A stretch of 64,000 bases of DNA from Dicyema japonicum (lineage: Eukaryota; Animalia; Dicyemida). The stretch lies in assembly GCA_011109175.1 (NCBI GenBank), contig RDEW01000001.1:1502360-1566359 (forward strand), written 5' to 3'. The position numbers were made by a program, and so were the translations under genes. The notes beneath the pieces were generated by a model. It had not been told where the DNA came from, made no database searches, and saw nothing but the letters and a program-made list of their open reading frames with translations. Each line of letters begins with the position of its first letter. Positions within the stretch are counted from its first letter, which is position 1. Of this stretch, positions 49,998 through 62,479 are shown piece by piece.

Positions 49998-50869
49998 ATT
50001 TCGTTAAAATCTCGTGATGTTTATTGATGAACTTATCCAAAACCTGAAAAAATTAATTGGAGGCCATTTTGAATGGACACGGTTCTGATGTGTCAAAGGC
50101 ATCATACACTCACTGTCAGAATTTGACTTTAGTTTTCTATAGAATGATCTCCTGTTCAACACAAACTTCCGATTATCAGTTCCATATTGTCGTCTTGAGT
50201 CTGCAATCAACAATTTTTTGTTTAGGATTCGAATCTGATCAGTGATTGTTGTCGAGATCCTTTCAAATTCTCCCCTTTTGGATTTTTGTAATTGTAAAAA
50301 TACAGAATGTCGACCGCTTTCTTATTTTCCTCGTTTTGATAGTAGACAGAATTTTATATTAGTAGATTATTTTCAGCCTTTTGTATTCTTTGCCTCCAGT
50401 TCGATTTGAATGGTTCCTTCACTGTAGTTTGTTGATATGCACAGTGCGCATAATTCCAAATCAGGTGCCTCATTGAGTTATTTCCAATTTTGGGGATTTT
50501 ACTATTAGTCTGATAAGAGGAAACAAGTCTCTTCAATTCATAAACGGACTTCTGCTTTCCAAATTTAGAGTTAAAATAGGCTGAGTGGCTATCCTCCTCT
50601 GGGTACTCGTTTGAGACGGTTTTTGACACAATTTAAAAAAGACGACATCCATTCTCCGGGATTAGAAGAGTCAACAGAGTCGCAGATAGCCTTCAAAGAA
50701 CACAACGTTAAGGTGGTGAGGACCGTTACTGGAATTGACTGAAACGTCAAAATGGCCATGAACAGGCAAATCCACACTTTCTCGGACTCCATTTATTATG
50801 TATTCTGTGGACACGTCCATGGAATGGCATTTTCAAACTGAGAAAAAAACAACCATCCTTACACCACTA

Positions 50870-52190
50870 GACAATGCATGTTATATACAAGTCCTAAATA
50901 CGCCCGACATTTCACTATTTTTAAAGCCAAAATAGACAACGTGCAGGAAATCCCATAAAAAATTCTAAATGGCATGAAATTACAACTTTAGCCGATCTTA
51001 TGTACTCTCCATAGACTTCAAGGCTCCCTTAAAATCCTTATGTTCCATTTGAATCACAGATCGGTAATATTTCAATGACGTATAATACTCGTGGTAAGTC
51101 GGAAGCATACTTTGTGTCCATTTTTTAAACATTTTTTCAATATTGTCAGTAGATAGTGTATCCATATTCTTTAACTTGAAAATTAACCCAAAAATACACA
51201 TCGGAAAGAAATTGTTCGAATTGTTCACACATCCGTCTGCGTTGTAGTAAATATTCGTCATTCACTTGGGTCTGACACTTACAGCTGCCTGACATATTTA
51301 TAAGAGCACTATGGCACGAAGGACACTTTGTAGCATTGATTTATTCTCAAAGACATCATCTGAACATCGGGGACATTGGCAAGTAAAACAGTAGCCTTTT
51401 AAGGAGGCCTTGTTGCCCACTAGTTTGCCTTGTTGCCCTCAATATATGTGATGCTAATACTCTGGATGTTAGAATAAAGGTTAACCTCCTCCCAAGATAT
51501 AATCAACCGCAATAATTTTCTGTCTAATTCCTCTGTAAGTAACAGTCGCGTTTGGAACACAGGAATGATTAAATTGATAGAGCTAGACTCAGTTAAGAAG
51601 GATACCAACTTTAAATAAAGACCAGCTCCTTGTATTCTTGTACAATCAGATTCCCAAATATGGAGCGTCCGCAATTTACAGTAAATTTCAATTTCGCTTG
51701 ATGGATGGACTCTTAATGATCTTGAAGTATTTCAAGTCAGATTTAAGACAAGGAATGATTTGTTGATATAAAGCCTCATAATCTGAATAAATTATAATGA
51801 AATAAGCAAACTTGATGGTAAATCACTGAATGATCTTCCTTGTGGGTCACTTTTTCGGTTCAAATCCCCAATTTGTGCTTTAGGTGAATGTTCTGAATAC
51901 CTTAACTAAAAGTCGGAAGAATAAGCGTGTGTTATCCAACGGAATTCCGTTTTGAACGAGTTTCTTGCATTCAAATTTGTGGATTTGCCATTTTTTCTAA
52001 GCTTACATGTTAATACAACTTGGTAAGATATACTGCAGTATTTCACAATTTTGACACATTTGAGATTTGATTCCGTGAAACACCACGAACATTTTTTATT
52101 TACCAAGTCTTGGCTTAATACATGGACAAACGGGAGAGATTAAGAAATTTCATGTAACGTTAACCGATTGAGAAATTTCATGTTTAATAC
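50870..52190 (-). pseudogene. SMYD-like SET/MYND lysine methyltransferase, disrupted
   Basis: MYND remnant KCSWCF..VKYCS..HKFEC, SET motif NHSCVPN and post-SET YCFTCQCPRC. Introns are 22-29 nt. It has multiple frameshifts and in-frame stops, and two MYND Cys residues are missing. Confidence 0.75.
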
Positions 52191-52889
52191 GGTTTATTTA
52201 AAATTATTATTAAATTTTATTTACTAAATATTTTTTTACTAAAAATTTTATTTACTAAGTCCCCAAATTTCCTGGAAAAGCTTAGGAGAGTCGTCTGCGA
52301 CTTTGTCCTCCTCGAATAAAGATAGATTTTCAGCCGATGGAAGTGATTCAAGCGAACTTTTGGGAAACTGATTCGAAAACCGCAAGCGATCATGAAAAGT
52401 CACTTGTGGACCAGAGTCATTCCAACAGGCACGTGGCTTGTTTAAGGTTTTCATGATGGAGTCGTGAACTTGCTATGGTATCGTGCTAGTTTTTTGAGTC
52501 CCTTCGGACTTTTCAGATGATCTTCTTGTACGATTGATAGGGACTTTGCTAGAGATGACTTTTAAACAAGCAAGCCAAGTGGTTGCAGAAGAAATCATTA
52601 CCACTTAGGTAGTATGTGGTGGTCCTTGCTCGTGAGGAGGCTATTCCTCGTATTTTTAAACAGAGTAAACTAACACAGTACTCAGTCATGTGGCAGTGAT
52701 GGGGTCCACAGTGCGTTGACAGATGCCATCACTAGGCTTTCGAACTGGAAAACCCTGGCAGTTGATAAAGTGTTTAATTTCTTTATCGAAAGTGTCATCC
52801 CCTTCATGAATCATTGACTAATCCTCGTATTATTCCCCAAATGCTGTGCGGTGAGATCACGTACCTGATTATTAAAGTAGACAACCCGA

Positions 52890-53190
52890 AATAGCCTAGT
52901 AAGTATAGGTCGATTACACATGTATGCCAATACTACAATTGGTGGCGAAGGAGGTCAGAAATATATTCTAGATCCTGTCTGCTAATCAAATGGTAATATA
53001 CAAGGGATCAAATGAACGAGCACTTATGAAAAAGCGTCTTATCTACCAACATGGCATTGAGTTGAAGGCTACTTGGGTGGATGTGAAAAAAGCTTTTTAT
53101 TCAGTTGATCGAGAGTACCTGAAGAGTGCATGATGAAGCTTAAGTGCCTGTCTAGTTTATAGACTTAGTAAAAGTAATGTTATGGATAAG
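52890..53190 (+). mobile_element. R4/NeSL-like RT fragment
   Basis: ITCMP and ATWVDVKKAF.SV motifs, as in 47450-48300. Confidence 0.6.
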
Positions 53191-53554
53191 TGGAGAATCA
53201 AAGATGCACTATAATAAAAAGGGTGGACCTACTTCTCCACCTCTCTTCTAAAGTGGAAGCCTGTAGTGGACTATTGGAGGATGGACACAATTTCGCTCCG
53301 TGGCTACGAGTTCTGGAATCGACCTCAGCCTCTCAGACAACATTATCTGGGTCATTGTGCTTGAGTGAGGGTTCTGCTGGAACACGTCAGGATCAAGGTA
53401 CATCACTAATAAATTTTTGTTTAAAAACCGCCATTTTTAATTAAATTTTTTTAGGGTCCTCATCAAGGACGGTCGGTAGGGTTGTCCTCGGTAGATCACG
53501 GAAATTTATTTATAAACCCAAGACCACCAAGAAAGAAAGAATTACCTCGCTAAA

Positions 53555-54090
53555 TTAAGTGATCCCAGCCTCCAAAATCTCTCGAATTCTCTTCGAATGC
53601 TCCGCCAGTGAACCAACAACGTTCCTGAAGTGTCTTCTTTTATTTCTGCAGAGGAATTCTATCGGAGTGCACTTTTTTAATGTCGATCTGAATTCCTCCT
53701 CATGAACCAACCTCTCTCTGAATGGGTTTCCTAGCTTTGAACATACGTAGGAAGCCCTGGCCATTTCTCACCGTCGCCTCCTCTGAAAAGAGACTGGGTG
53801 GGGATAGATGTGGACTTTGATTAAATATGCCTCATGATCTTCTGTCTGAGAGAGTTCATACGCTCCACCCTCGTAGAAGGAATAGCGAATCTCCAAGCAG
53901 AACAGGCATATTCAATCGTCGGCACAATAACTTGGAGATATACTTTGCTGATATAAGCAGTAGGAGGGAATGGGCTCTTCTTTATGATGGCTTTTAAGAC
54001 GTTCCATTTTCGAAGACTCTTGGTTAATACTTCCTCAGTGTGACCACAGAAATGCTGAGCGTTCAGAACAAAGTAGTCCTCCATGGCCAT
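53555..54090 (-). mobile_element. I/Jockey-like LINE post-RT fragment
   Basis: YLQVIVPTIEYACSAW. Confidence 0.6.
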
Positions 54091-54471
54091 AATAAAATGT
54101 AAGTGGATATTTTTAAAAGAAATTAAAAATATTAAAATAATATTTTAAACATTGAAAATATTATTTCAAAGAAATTGTCCGGGTTGATAAAAAACTCTAA
54201 GGTGACACTGCAAATAATAAACTTCACATAGACCTGACAATATTAACCGCCAATACGCTATGACATACAAGCTAATATGATTCTAAGTTTTTAATGATAA
54301 TAATTTTATCATTAATTAGCTTGGAATTTATAGAATATATTAAAGAGATATTTTGGTATTTTTACGTGAAAAAATAAATGGTTATTACGGATAAAAATAT
54401 TTTTATGGTGTCTATCCTAAGAAAGATAAATTTGCATATTTACGACGTATCAGGAATAAATTAACTATTCC

Positions 54472-56809
54472 ATGTTGTTGATCTTTTTTCTGATATTTCT
54501 GAGTTTAGCATTTATTTTGTAAATTATAGACTCCTCTGACCCGACTGTGGATACAATTCCGATTCAGGATTCCCCCGAAGATTTCTTGTCGGAGATTGAA
54601 ATGCCTGAAGGAAATCAGGACTTTGGCACAGACGTCAATCAAATGATGAAGATCTTGATCAACTCAATATACCAATCTAGAGACGTATAATTCGGATATA
54701 TTTCCAGGTTTTTTCCCGGGAGATCATATCTAATGGTTCGGATGCCCTCGAGAAGATTAGACGTGCCTCCTTAACCAACAGTTCAGTCTTAGATACGAAT
54801 CCTGTGCTTAAACTAAGCATCAAGGCTTCTCACGTTGACTAAAATTAGGCCGATCGAGCGAAAGGTACCCTACTTTTTGAAGACACTGGAATTGGAATGA
54901 CGAAGGATGAGCTCATCAATAATCTCGGGACTATTGCCAACTCTGCCACTGGGAGGTTGCTAGAACAGCTTACCAAATCTGTCGAGGACGATGAGGGCGA
55001 TTTGATTGGGAAATTTGGTGTGGGATTTTATTCCGCTTTTCTCGGTTTTCCGTTACCTTAACATAATTTAGTTGCCGAAAAGGTGGTGGTCATTTCAAAG
55101 TCCAACAACGACGACCAGTATATTTGGTCTTCAAACTCTTCTAACTTCAATGTAATGAAGGACCCTCGTGGGAACACTTTGGGGAGAGGAACGCAAGTAA
55201 TCCTTTACATGAAGGAAGAATCAAAGCATTTTTGACCACTCAAAAGCTGAGGGAACTGATCGAAAAGTATAGTCAGTTTATAAGCTTCCCCATTTACTTG
55301 TGGGAGGAAGAGAAGGTTGTCTCGTATGTTTCAACCCAAGGACGAGTCATCAAAGCAGATGATTGTTTCGTAGAATTATGCAAACCCTATGAAACCCCTC
55401 TGGACCTTAAAGTTCCCAAATGTATAACAATCAAGTCTCTCTGAAGTTTCATATTTCCAGTATATAGATTTATACCAAACTCTCACCAAGGACAATGAAA
55501 GACCGATTCGGCACATGCACATCAACTGGAAGGGGAGATTTTGTTTTCTGCTCTGGTATATGTCCCATCCACCGTATTTATCAATTCTGAACAAACTAAG
55601 GGAGAAAAACTGAACCATTTTCGGGTTTCATTAATTTATAATTTCTTTAGCTTTATACACGAAGAGTCTTCATCACGGATTCCTTTGGACAAAATGATTT
55701 TATGCCACATATTTGAAATTTCTGATAATCATTGTCAACTCGGAAGATTTCCCATTGAGTGTCTCCAGAGAACAGCTTCAGGAAAGCAAATTACTTAAAC
55801 TTATCAAACGAAAGCTCAGAAAGAAGATTCTCGATTTGTTGGATCATCAAAGAAAGACGATTAGAAGAAGATTTGGGAGGCTTTCTCGTCCGAAATCAAA
55901 CTTGCAATAGCCGAGGATGAACCCAATAGGAAGCGACTGGCTGAAATCATTCGATCCCGAGTTCTCTGGACCAAATGAACTCACAACCCTTAAGAAATTA
56001 CCACACTCGCATGCAGCCTGGGCAGAAGGGGTATATTATTTTGGTGGACAAAGCAGGACTGAGGTAACAGAATCTCCGTTTATTGAACTTTTTATTAAAA
56101 GGAGGAATCGAAGTGTTGTATATTTTTGAATCCGTTGATGAGCACCTATTAAAGGACATTGAGACTTATAAAGGGATTCTTGTAGAAAATGTGGCTATTG
56201 GTAATCTCGATAACCTGTTCGACCACGATGAGCTCAAGGCAGAACTAGAGATTCATGAGAAAAATTATAAAGAATTCATGAAAGAGGCCATGCAGGTTCT
56301 AGAAGTGGCGTCAGTAATATGACTATATCGACGCGTCTTGTCACGTCTTCCTGTCTCGTCAAAGGAAGTCTGTTTGGAAATGACCGGAAATATGATGAGA
56401 TATGTAAATTCCCGTTACTCGGATCAAAACGAAAAGGCCCAGAGAAGAGTATAGCAAATGATGTTAGTCTAGTTTATTTCAAGAAGATGAAGAAGATATT
56501 TGAGATCAACCCATACCACCCGATCGTCAAGGAGCTAAGAAACAGCTAGAAGTAGACTTAAATGCTCAATTAACAGGAAAGCGGTGGGTCGACTCCCGAA
56601 TGGCAGGAAAACGTTCGTTTTTCTACCAGCTTTGTGAAATTAGATCTCAATTTGAGCCGAAAGACATTGCAAAATTTGCAGGTCGCGCTGAGAATTCATG
56701 CGGGCTGCATTTGGAATTCCAGCCGTTGATGAACAAATTGAAACGATCGATGACAATGTCATCAGTCAGGGACTGACTGATGAGCCTGAAATTAAATTCT
56801 GAGTTATAA
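54472..56809 (+). pseudogene. HSP90B1: Endoplasmin/GRP94 (ER HSP90), intron-containing and heavily disrupted
   Basis: Signal peptide, [52 protein letters not shown] and a ...KSEL* end after one frame correction. There are roughly 10 single-base indels and two in-frame TAGs (55371-55373 at a conserved W, 55862-55864 at a Y-like position). An error-rich assembly cannot be excluded. Confidence 0.85.
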
Positions 56810-57155
56810 CGGATTAATGGGTTCTTTATTTAATAAATGTTTGGATTATTTAAATATTTCCGTAAAACTTAAGGGTTTCCTGAAACTTTATATTACAGTC
56901 CCCGTGTAAACTTTAATGAATTATCAATAAAGTCAGTGCTCCAAAACCTCACATCGGGGGACTATGATTTCAATCACAGTTTATAGAGACGTGGTATAGA
57001 ATACCTATTTATTTACCACCGTCCTTTGAGTAAGAACAAGAATATACCACCCTTGCATACTCTACCGTCGGTTTTAGAAGTTTATTTAACAAGATGACAG
57101 CGCATTCTCATGACGGCCTGGACTTTAAGAGAGGTTTGATTAAGAAACAAAAATT

Positions 57156-57664
57156 GGCCGCGTGGAGTAAGTCCAATGCCTTTTTTCCTTTTATGGGGAT
57201 AACAGGAATTACTTGGGAAGGTTTTGGGAAGGTTTGGGAAGGAAACCCAGGCATCAAGGAAAACCCGGGCATCTGGAAGGGTTTTGGGAAGGTTTGGGAA
57301 GGAAACCCAGGCATCAAGGAAAACCCGGGTATCTGGGAAGGGTTTTGGAAGGTTTGGGAAGGAAACCCAGGCATCAAGGAAAACCCGGGTATCTGGGAAG
57401 GGTTTTGAGAAGGTTTGGGAAGGAAACCCAGGCATCAAGGAAAACCCGGGTATCTGGGAAGGGTTTTGAGAAGGTTTGGGAAGGAAACCCAGGCATCAAG
57501 GAAAACCCGGGTATCTGGGAAGGTTTTGAGAAGGTTTGGGAAGGAAACCCAGGCATCAAGAAAACCCGGGTATCTGGAAGGTAACTATAGAGAAATTTCA
57601 CAACATCTCAGATCTGAACTCAGACCAAACCGAGCGAGATATTTCCCGCACGAACCACGCGACC
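57156..57664 (+). mobile_element. MITE family C long copy with internal tandem array
   Basis: TIRs GGCCGCGTGG and CCACGCGACC match at 9/10, each flanked by AATT (57152-57155, 57665-57668). It is homologous to 37192-37408. Confidence 0.75.
57213..57581. repeat. ~60-bp tandem repeat, about 6 copies, G-rich plus strand
   Basis: Unit GAAGGTTTGGGAAGGAAACCCAGGCATCAAGGAAAACCCGGGTATCTGGGAAGGGTTTTG(A/G). Units differ mainly in homopolymer length. Confidence 0.95.
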
Positions 57665-58869
57665 AATTATATTCTAATAAAATTCATATATTTTGATGAT
57701 TTTCTATTCAACTTTTAAGAGATAATTTTTAACATTCAATGAAATTTTTCTAAATGTAGAAGCATAGTAATTTTCCACAAACCTCCACTTGTACAAGACA
57801 CACACTTTATTTAAAAAAAAGACAAATGACAATTATGTTAATAAATTATATTTATGTTAATTATTGTGACATGTTAAGGACAAGTTTAGGCTGAGAAAGA
57901 GGCGGAAAAATCGATTTTCATAAGATTGCCCTAGGATCAAGATTGTCCTAGACAAAAGACTCGACGAGAAGCTAGATGAAGATGAAAATTTGCTAGTAAT
58001 GTCGATAAAAGATGCAGCCTAAAAAAGGATGAAAAACTTCCTAAAAAGAGATGCCATCATTGACTCGTATGTTGCAGCACAGAATAATCGATAATTATCT
58101 TCGTATCTCAGGCCCTTCTTGATTAATGTGAGGATGACTCTCCACCCAATTTCCTAATACAATCAGCTCGTATTATGTCAAATTCAGGAAAAGTGTTTTT
58201 ATTCTTCAATGAGTATTATCTTGAATTTTGAAATAAGTGCTTGAGGTACACAATTTCCTCTTTAATCCCTTTCACATTCAATAACAGAGCTCAGAGCTCA
58301 GATCTTTGCGTATCGAGAAACCTTAATCAGAAAAACCCTGAGAAACCCTGATCAGATATTCGTCGTCCGGGAGCGAAATTTTCCCCGTGAAAGAGAGCTA
58401 ATGGTCCTTTTCGCAATGCATTACATGCACCCTGAACGCCTGAAGAACTTTATAAACTGGTGGACCACATGAGGACACGTTGCAATTAGCCATAAAATGT
58501 TACTTTGAGGAAGGGTCATGCGGATATGTGATATTTGGAAAAGATGCGATTTTTTCCTCCATGGGAACTGAATCATTGAGAATTATATAAAATGTTAACT
58601 TTAATTATATAATGGGAATTTCACAATTTTTGGGATAAAAATTTACTTTAATAAAAAACTGATTGAATTTAATTTGAATTCTCAGCATTTTAATGAAATG
58701 TTAGTGACTAGAGACAAAGAGCAGAACCTAGAGGTAAAAAATATTAAATGTTATTCTATGGATCAAACTGATGAGCAAATGTGACCGGTCTCGAGACTTA
58801 AGGATATCATCTACTAACACAATTTTGTTACTACGTCAAATTAATGTCTTCCAAGCAACATAAAAATGA

Positions 58870-59450
58870 GGCCTGGCTTGAGTCTACCATGCTCGTCTCT
58901 CGGAACAGCCCTTGGCGTGAACTGCCTGAGGATCGAGTGGCACTGCGACTCGGATTGGATTTATTTCAGTGACATAGCTGTCGTTGTGAATGGAAGTCAA
59001 CATCAAAGGCATACATCTTCTGTCTTGCCGTGCCCCACGACACGCAGCTCTCAATGACGTTGGCCCGCAATGCCCCAGGGTTTCTGGCTTTACTGGAACC
59101 CTCTGGTTCGAGCTGAGGCGGTGGGAAGAAGTCAGATGAGATATCATTATTTCAATACTCCCATGGTAAATCACTCGTTTGGGACGGCACATGTGTGGAC
59201 ACTTTTTCTGAGGCCAGGTCGCTGACGGCAACACACTCAAAAGGAGAAGCGGCAACAAGGCGGATTACGGGAAAATCCGGAAGTACGAACCTGTCTGCCT
59301 ATTGCAATGGTGACTTCCGGGGATATGGAGAGATGAAGAACGCCTTTCTCTCTAATATCGGACGAAGGATCGCTTCAAAAAAGGTGAACCCGCAAAGGAC
59401 TTTAGCTAAGACAGAAGCTTGAATGGCAGAGGGAATGTTCACACACAAAT
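58870..59450 (+). mobile_element. Decayed CRE-like CCHC/RLE region
   Basis: RHAALND, LEPSG, GKIRKYE and FLSNIGRRIA..LRQK remnants. Confidence 0.65.
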
Positions 59451-60089
59451 CCCGTCCTCTTAGTTAAAGGACATTAGTTGTTTTAATTTATTGTGTTTTA
59501 TTAATTATAATGAAATTTAATTTTATGTAAATGAGTGTGAATTTAAATCTCAATGCTAATCTGATCTTTGATGCCTTATGGCTAAAGATAAATCTCACAA
59601 ATAAAACTATTTCGAAAATTTTAAAGAACAAAAACCGAAAATACAACAAATTCTACTAATCCCATTATCTGTGTCCGAGAAATCCCCCATGGCTCGTTCG
59701 TGCATATCCTTGAGGTCGACAAGTCTGTTTAAAGTTTGACTTTGTAGAAATCCAATATAATTGGAAACTATCTTCCAAAATATTCAATACTTCTTATAAC
59801 GGTCATCCTCACGTGCTGGAAATATATTATCCAAATTTCAAGAACAGGATACAGAGATGTTAACTATCTATTGTTTTTTGTATATCTTTATCAATTTTTA
59901 GTATATTTGTTAAGGACTAGTGAGAAACCTTGTCTTGAGCTTTCTTGGTAAAGAACTTAGTTATGAGCAGTCAATCTTACTATTTCATACAGACAACTTC
60001 CTTTATTTATTTCATTTAAAAAAAATAAAATTATTAAATAAAAACATATTCTAAATTTGAAAGCATTCAAATATAAAATTGTTTTTTTT

Positions 60090-60400
60090 CTCCATCTGAC
60101 TTGGACTTAAGATTTTCCAGACTCACAAGTGCCGTTGTGATGATGACGTCGACTGTTATGGACATTATGTCCTCTCTTGTCGAAGAAGTGCTGGACGATC
60201 CCCAAGACATAAGGCTATCAACGTAATTGTTAAGTGAGCCCTCTAGTCTGCTGGATACTCCTCCATACTTGAACCTGTTTGCTTGGACAGAAAAGAAGGA
60301 AAACGGCCTGACGGAATCACAATTTTTCTATTCGAGGAGGGGAAACCTTTGGTATGGGATGCGACGTGAGTCGACCCCTTTGCCCATCCTACATGAGGGC
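60090..60400 (+). mobile_element. Decayed CRE-like CCHC/RLE fragment
   Basis: [36 protein letters not shown]. Confidence 0.7.
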
Positions 60401-60539
60401 AAAGGAGAATAAATACGAAGCGCTACGCGATCGATTCACGTTCTACACATCATTGTTGAACAACAGGAGGAATAAGCGGGAAATCGCTTCGTCTCTAAAG
60501 AAACTACACTAAAAAGTCACGAAGCACGTGAGACACGGT

Positions 60540-61362
60540 GGCTTCTCCAGTTGAGTTCTGTGGCGATCGCGAGAGACAACTAAGTTGAGTTAGTTAGTTA
60601 AAAGCTCCTTCGCGTATCCCTAAAAGGCTTTCGCTTGAGCCATCCTTTACAGCCATCCTCACCCACGCCACTTGTTTCTGGCCCTCATTCGAACATCATC
60701 CAGGTCGTCTTCTGTCACAAATTTACGACCGATTGTTTCGTAATCATCTTTTAAGAAAATTGGAAATGTATTTCTTGTCTGCCTCGAAATCCGTGACTTC
60801 CGGCGCAGTAAAAATATTCTTCCATTATTCTGTTACACGGCGTAGTCGGGTCCAGTCTAAGAATGTGTCAAAATAGTTGCCACCTCGATAGAATGTCTCC
60901 ATGTGTGCCTGAACACGAAAAAGGGAGATGAGGGCTAGAGATGTCTCATTTATATACGAACTAACTTCCGTGCTAATTGGTAAAGATTCACATAAAGCAT
61001 ATAGTTTCTCGTTTGAGATTTTTCTCGGCCAGAAGATTCCAGTATGCGCAGTTGGCTTCTGTGGAAAGTTTCTAGCCTCTCTAAATCGTTTTTAGAGGTT
61101 GCCCATGTTCCGGAATTGTATATTAGTATTGGCTTGATAAACGTGTCGTATAGTCTGACACGAAGTTTCAGTGAAGCATGCCTCTTCTTATCCAGATGTT
61201 GTACATTTTTTGAAGTATATGGTTGCCAGCATTTTCCTTTGACAAATATCCTTGGCGTCACCTAGTAGTGAGCCGAGTTTTTTGATGTCTCCAGAGTTCG
61301 TCAATTCTTGATTTGCTCGTTCGATTCTAGAGACTACTCGAGTGACAACTCAAAGTCTATTA
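60540..61362 (-). mobile_element. RTE-like LINE, 3' part (left flank of the Ginger insertion)
   Basis: KKLGSLLG, RLYDTFIKPILIYNSGTW, RRQLFGHILRL. Confidence 0.75.
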
Positions 61363-61414
61363 TGTCACATGGGCCAAGCGTTACCTATGGGCAGCCTGTT
61401 ACATTAACCTTGAA

Positions 61415-62330
61415 CCAAGATTATTATTATTATTTAAGCCAAAGAAACACCGTCTTAACCAATAACTAATATTCAGGTGATCCGGCATCTCTCAATAATC
61501 GGGCCATTTTTCTCGATGCTCCGACTGTGATCCCACGCATTTTCTATACGGACGGGGTCTTTTTCCTTTTCTCTTCTGAAATTGCCTCCAGTTGCCTCTA
61601 TGATAGACTCGAGTGCTCTGGGGGCAATTTCTTTATCTGTATATTTTTCTAGTAACTTTTTTGCTCTTGACTGGATATCTTGAATTTTTGTTAGGTTCGT
61701 TGCCGACAGGTTAGATCCCCATGCAGCACATGCATAGCCTATTGTTGGCTCGACATACTGCTTGTAGAGGTCCCGATACCTGGCAGATAAATTCCTCCAC
61801 AGTTCCAAAGGAAGGCCTTTACAAAATTGATCTTCTTTGCACAGGTTGATATGATAGATTCCACATGGGCTGAGAAGCAGAGGAAAGTATCAAAAGTTAC
61901 TCCCAGTATCTTCTGCGATTTCTTTTGTGGTATAGGTACTCCATTTAACGTGACATCAATTGTTTGCGTTCCCATCTTTCTATTCTTAGTAAATAGAGTG
62001 ACTGCTGACTTTTCGGAACATGCATTTAATCGATTCTCGCACAACCATCCATATATGTTATTTAGTATTCCTTGTAGTCTTTCTTTAGCATGTTCGACAT
62101 TTACGTCTCTAGATGCGACAACTATGTCATCGGCATAGGAAAGTAGTATGTCATTATTATTCATAGGTACGGGGAGATCACTCAAAAAACAAATTAAAAA
62201 GGATTGGTGACAGAGGAGATCCTTGGGGTACACCATTGGGTAATAATCCCGATCTGGAACTCTTGTTTCCGACGGATACTTTCCCTCGGCGTCCACTTAC
62301 GAAATTTGCTAACCATAACTTTAATGGTGC
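61415..62330 (-). mobile_element. 5'-truncated I/Jockey-like LINE nested in the Ginger element
   Basis: SYADDI, KILGVTFD, YKQYVEPTIGYACAAW, and a (TAA)n tail at ~61420-61436. Confidence 0.85.
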
Positions 62331-62479
62331 ATCAATTTTTGTCAAAATATTTTTCGTATGACTTTAATGGTGCATCAATTTTTGTCAAAAATATTAACTT
62401 CAATTAATTTTATAAATGATTTATTAACCACAAAAAATTAAATTTAAGTAACTTTTTTTAGTCTACTCATTAATACAGT

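Larger units (their letters stand above)
48308..50081. mobile_element. Non-autonomous TIR DNA transposon with 8-bp TSD (GG-terminal, Merlin- or hAT/MULE-like)
   Basis: TIRs GGTTCCCATTCAAAATGGCCTC (48308-48329) and GAGGCCATTTTGAATGGACACG (50060-50081) match at 19/22. The TSD is GTTCGGAT (48300-48307) and GTTCTGAT (50082-50089). Confidence 0.8.
47450..50790 (-). mobile_element. R4/NeSL-like non-LTR retrotransposon (N-terminus plus RT), split by a DNA-element insertion
   Basis: NRRSFYRKL (~50130). Removing 48308-50081 plus one TSD copy joins DAFDTSE to RLKFWADVW. RT motifs DLRPITCIPCLYK, AWIDVKKAFDSV and GILQGD follow. Confidence 0.8.

Noticed and set aside
55371-55864. In-frame TAG codons in HSP90B1 as possible stop-codon reassignment
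   Set aside because: They align to different residues (W, Y), each one substitution away, and sit in a frameshift-ridden copy. I saw no in-frame TAG or TAA in the exons of the intact genes.
57213-57581. CRISPR-like or telomeric array
   Set aside because: There are no unique spacers, the context is eukaryotic, and the unit is 60 bp and internal to a MITE rather than a short telomeric repeat.
57082-57718. Many overlapping 60-123 aa ORFs on both strands
   Set aside because: They are artefacts of the stop-poor 60-bp tandem repeat.
62318-62395. 33-bp direct repeat near the 5' end of the nested LINE, as a possible TSD
   Set aside because: Both copies are on the same side of the LINE, so it is a local tandem duplication.
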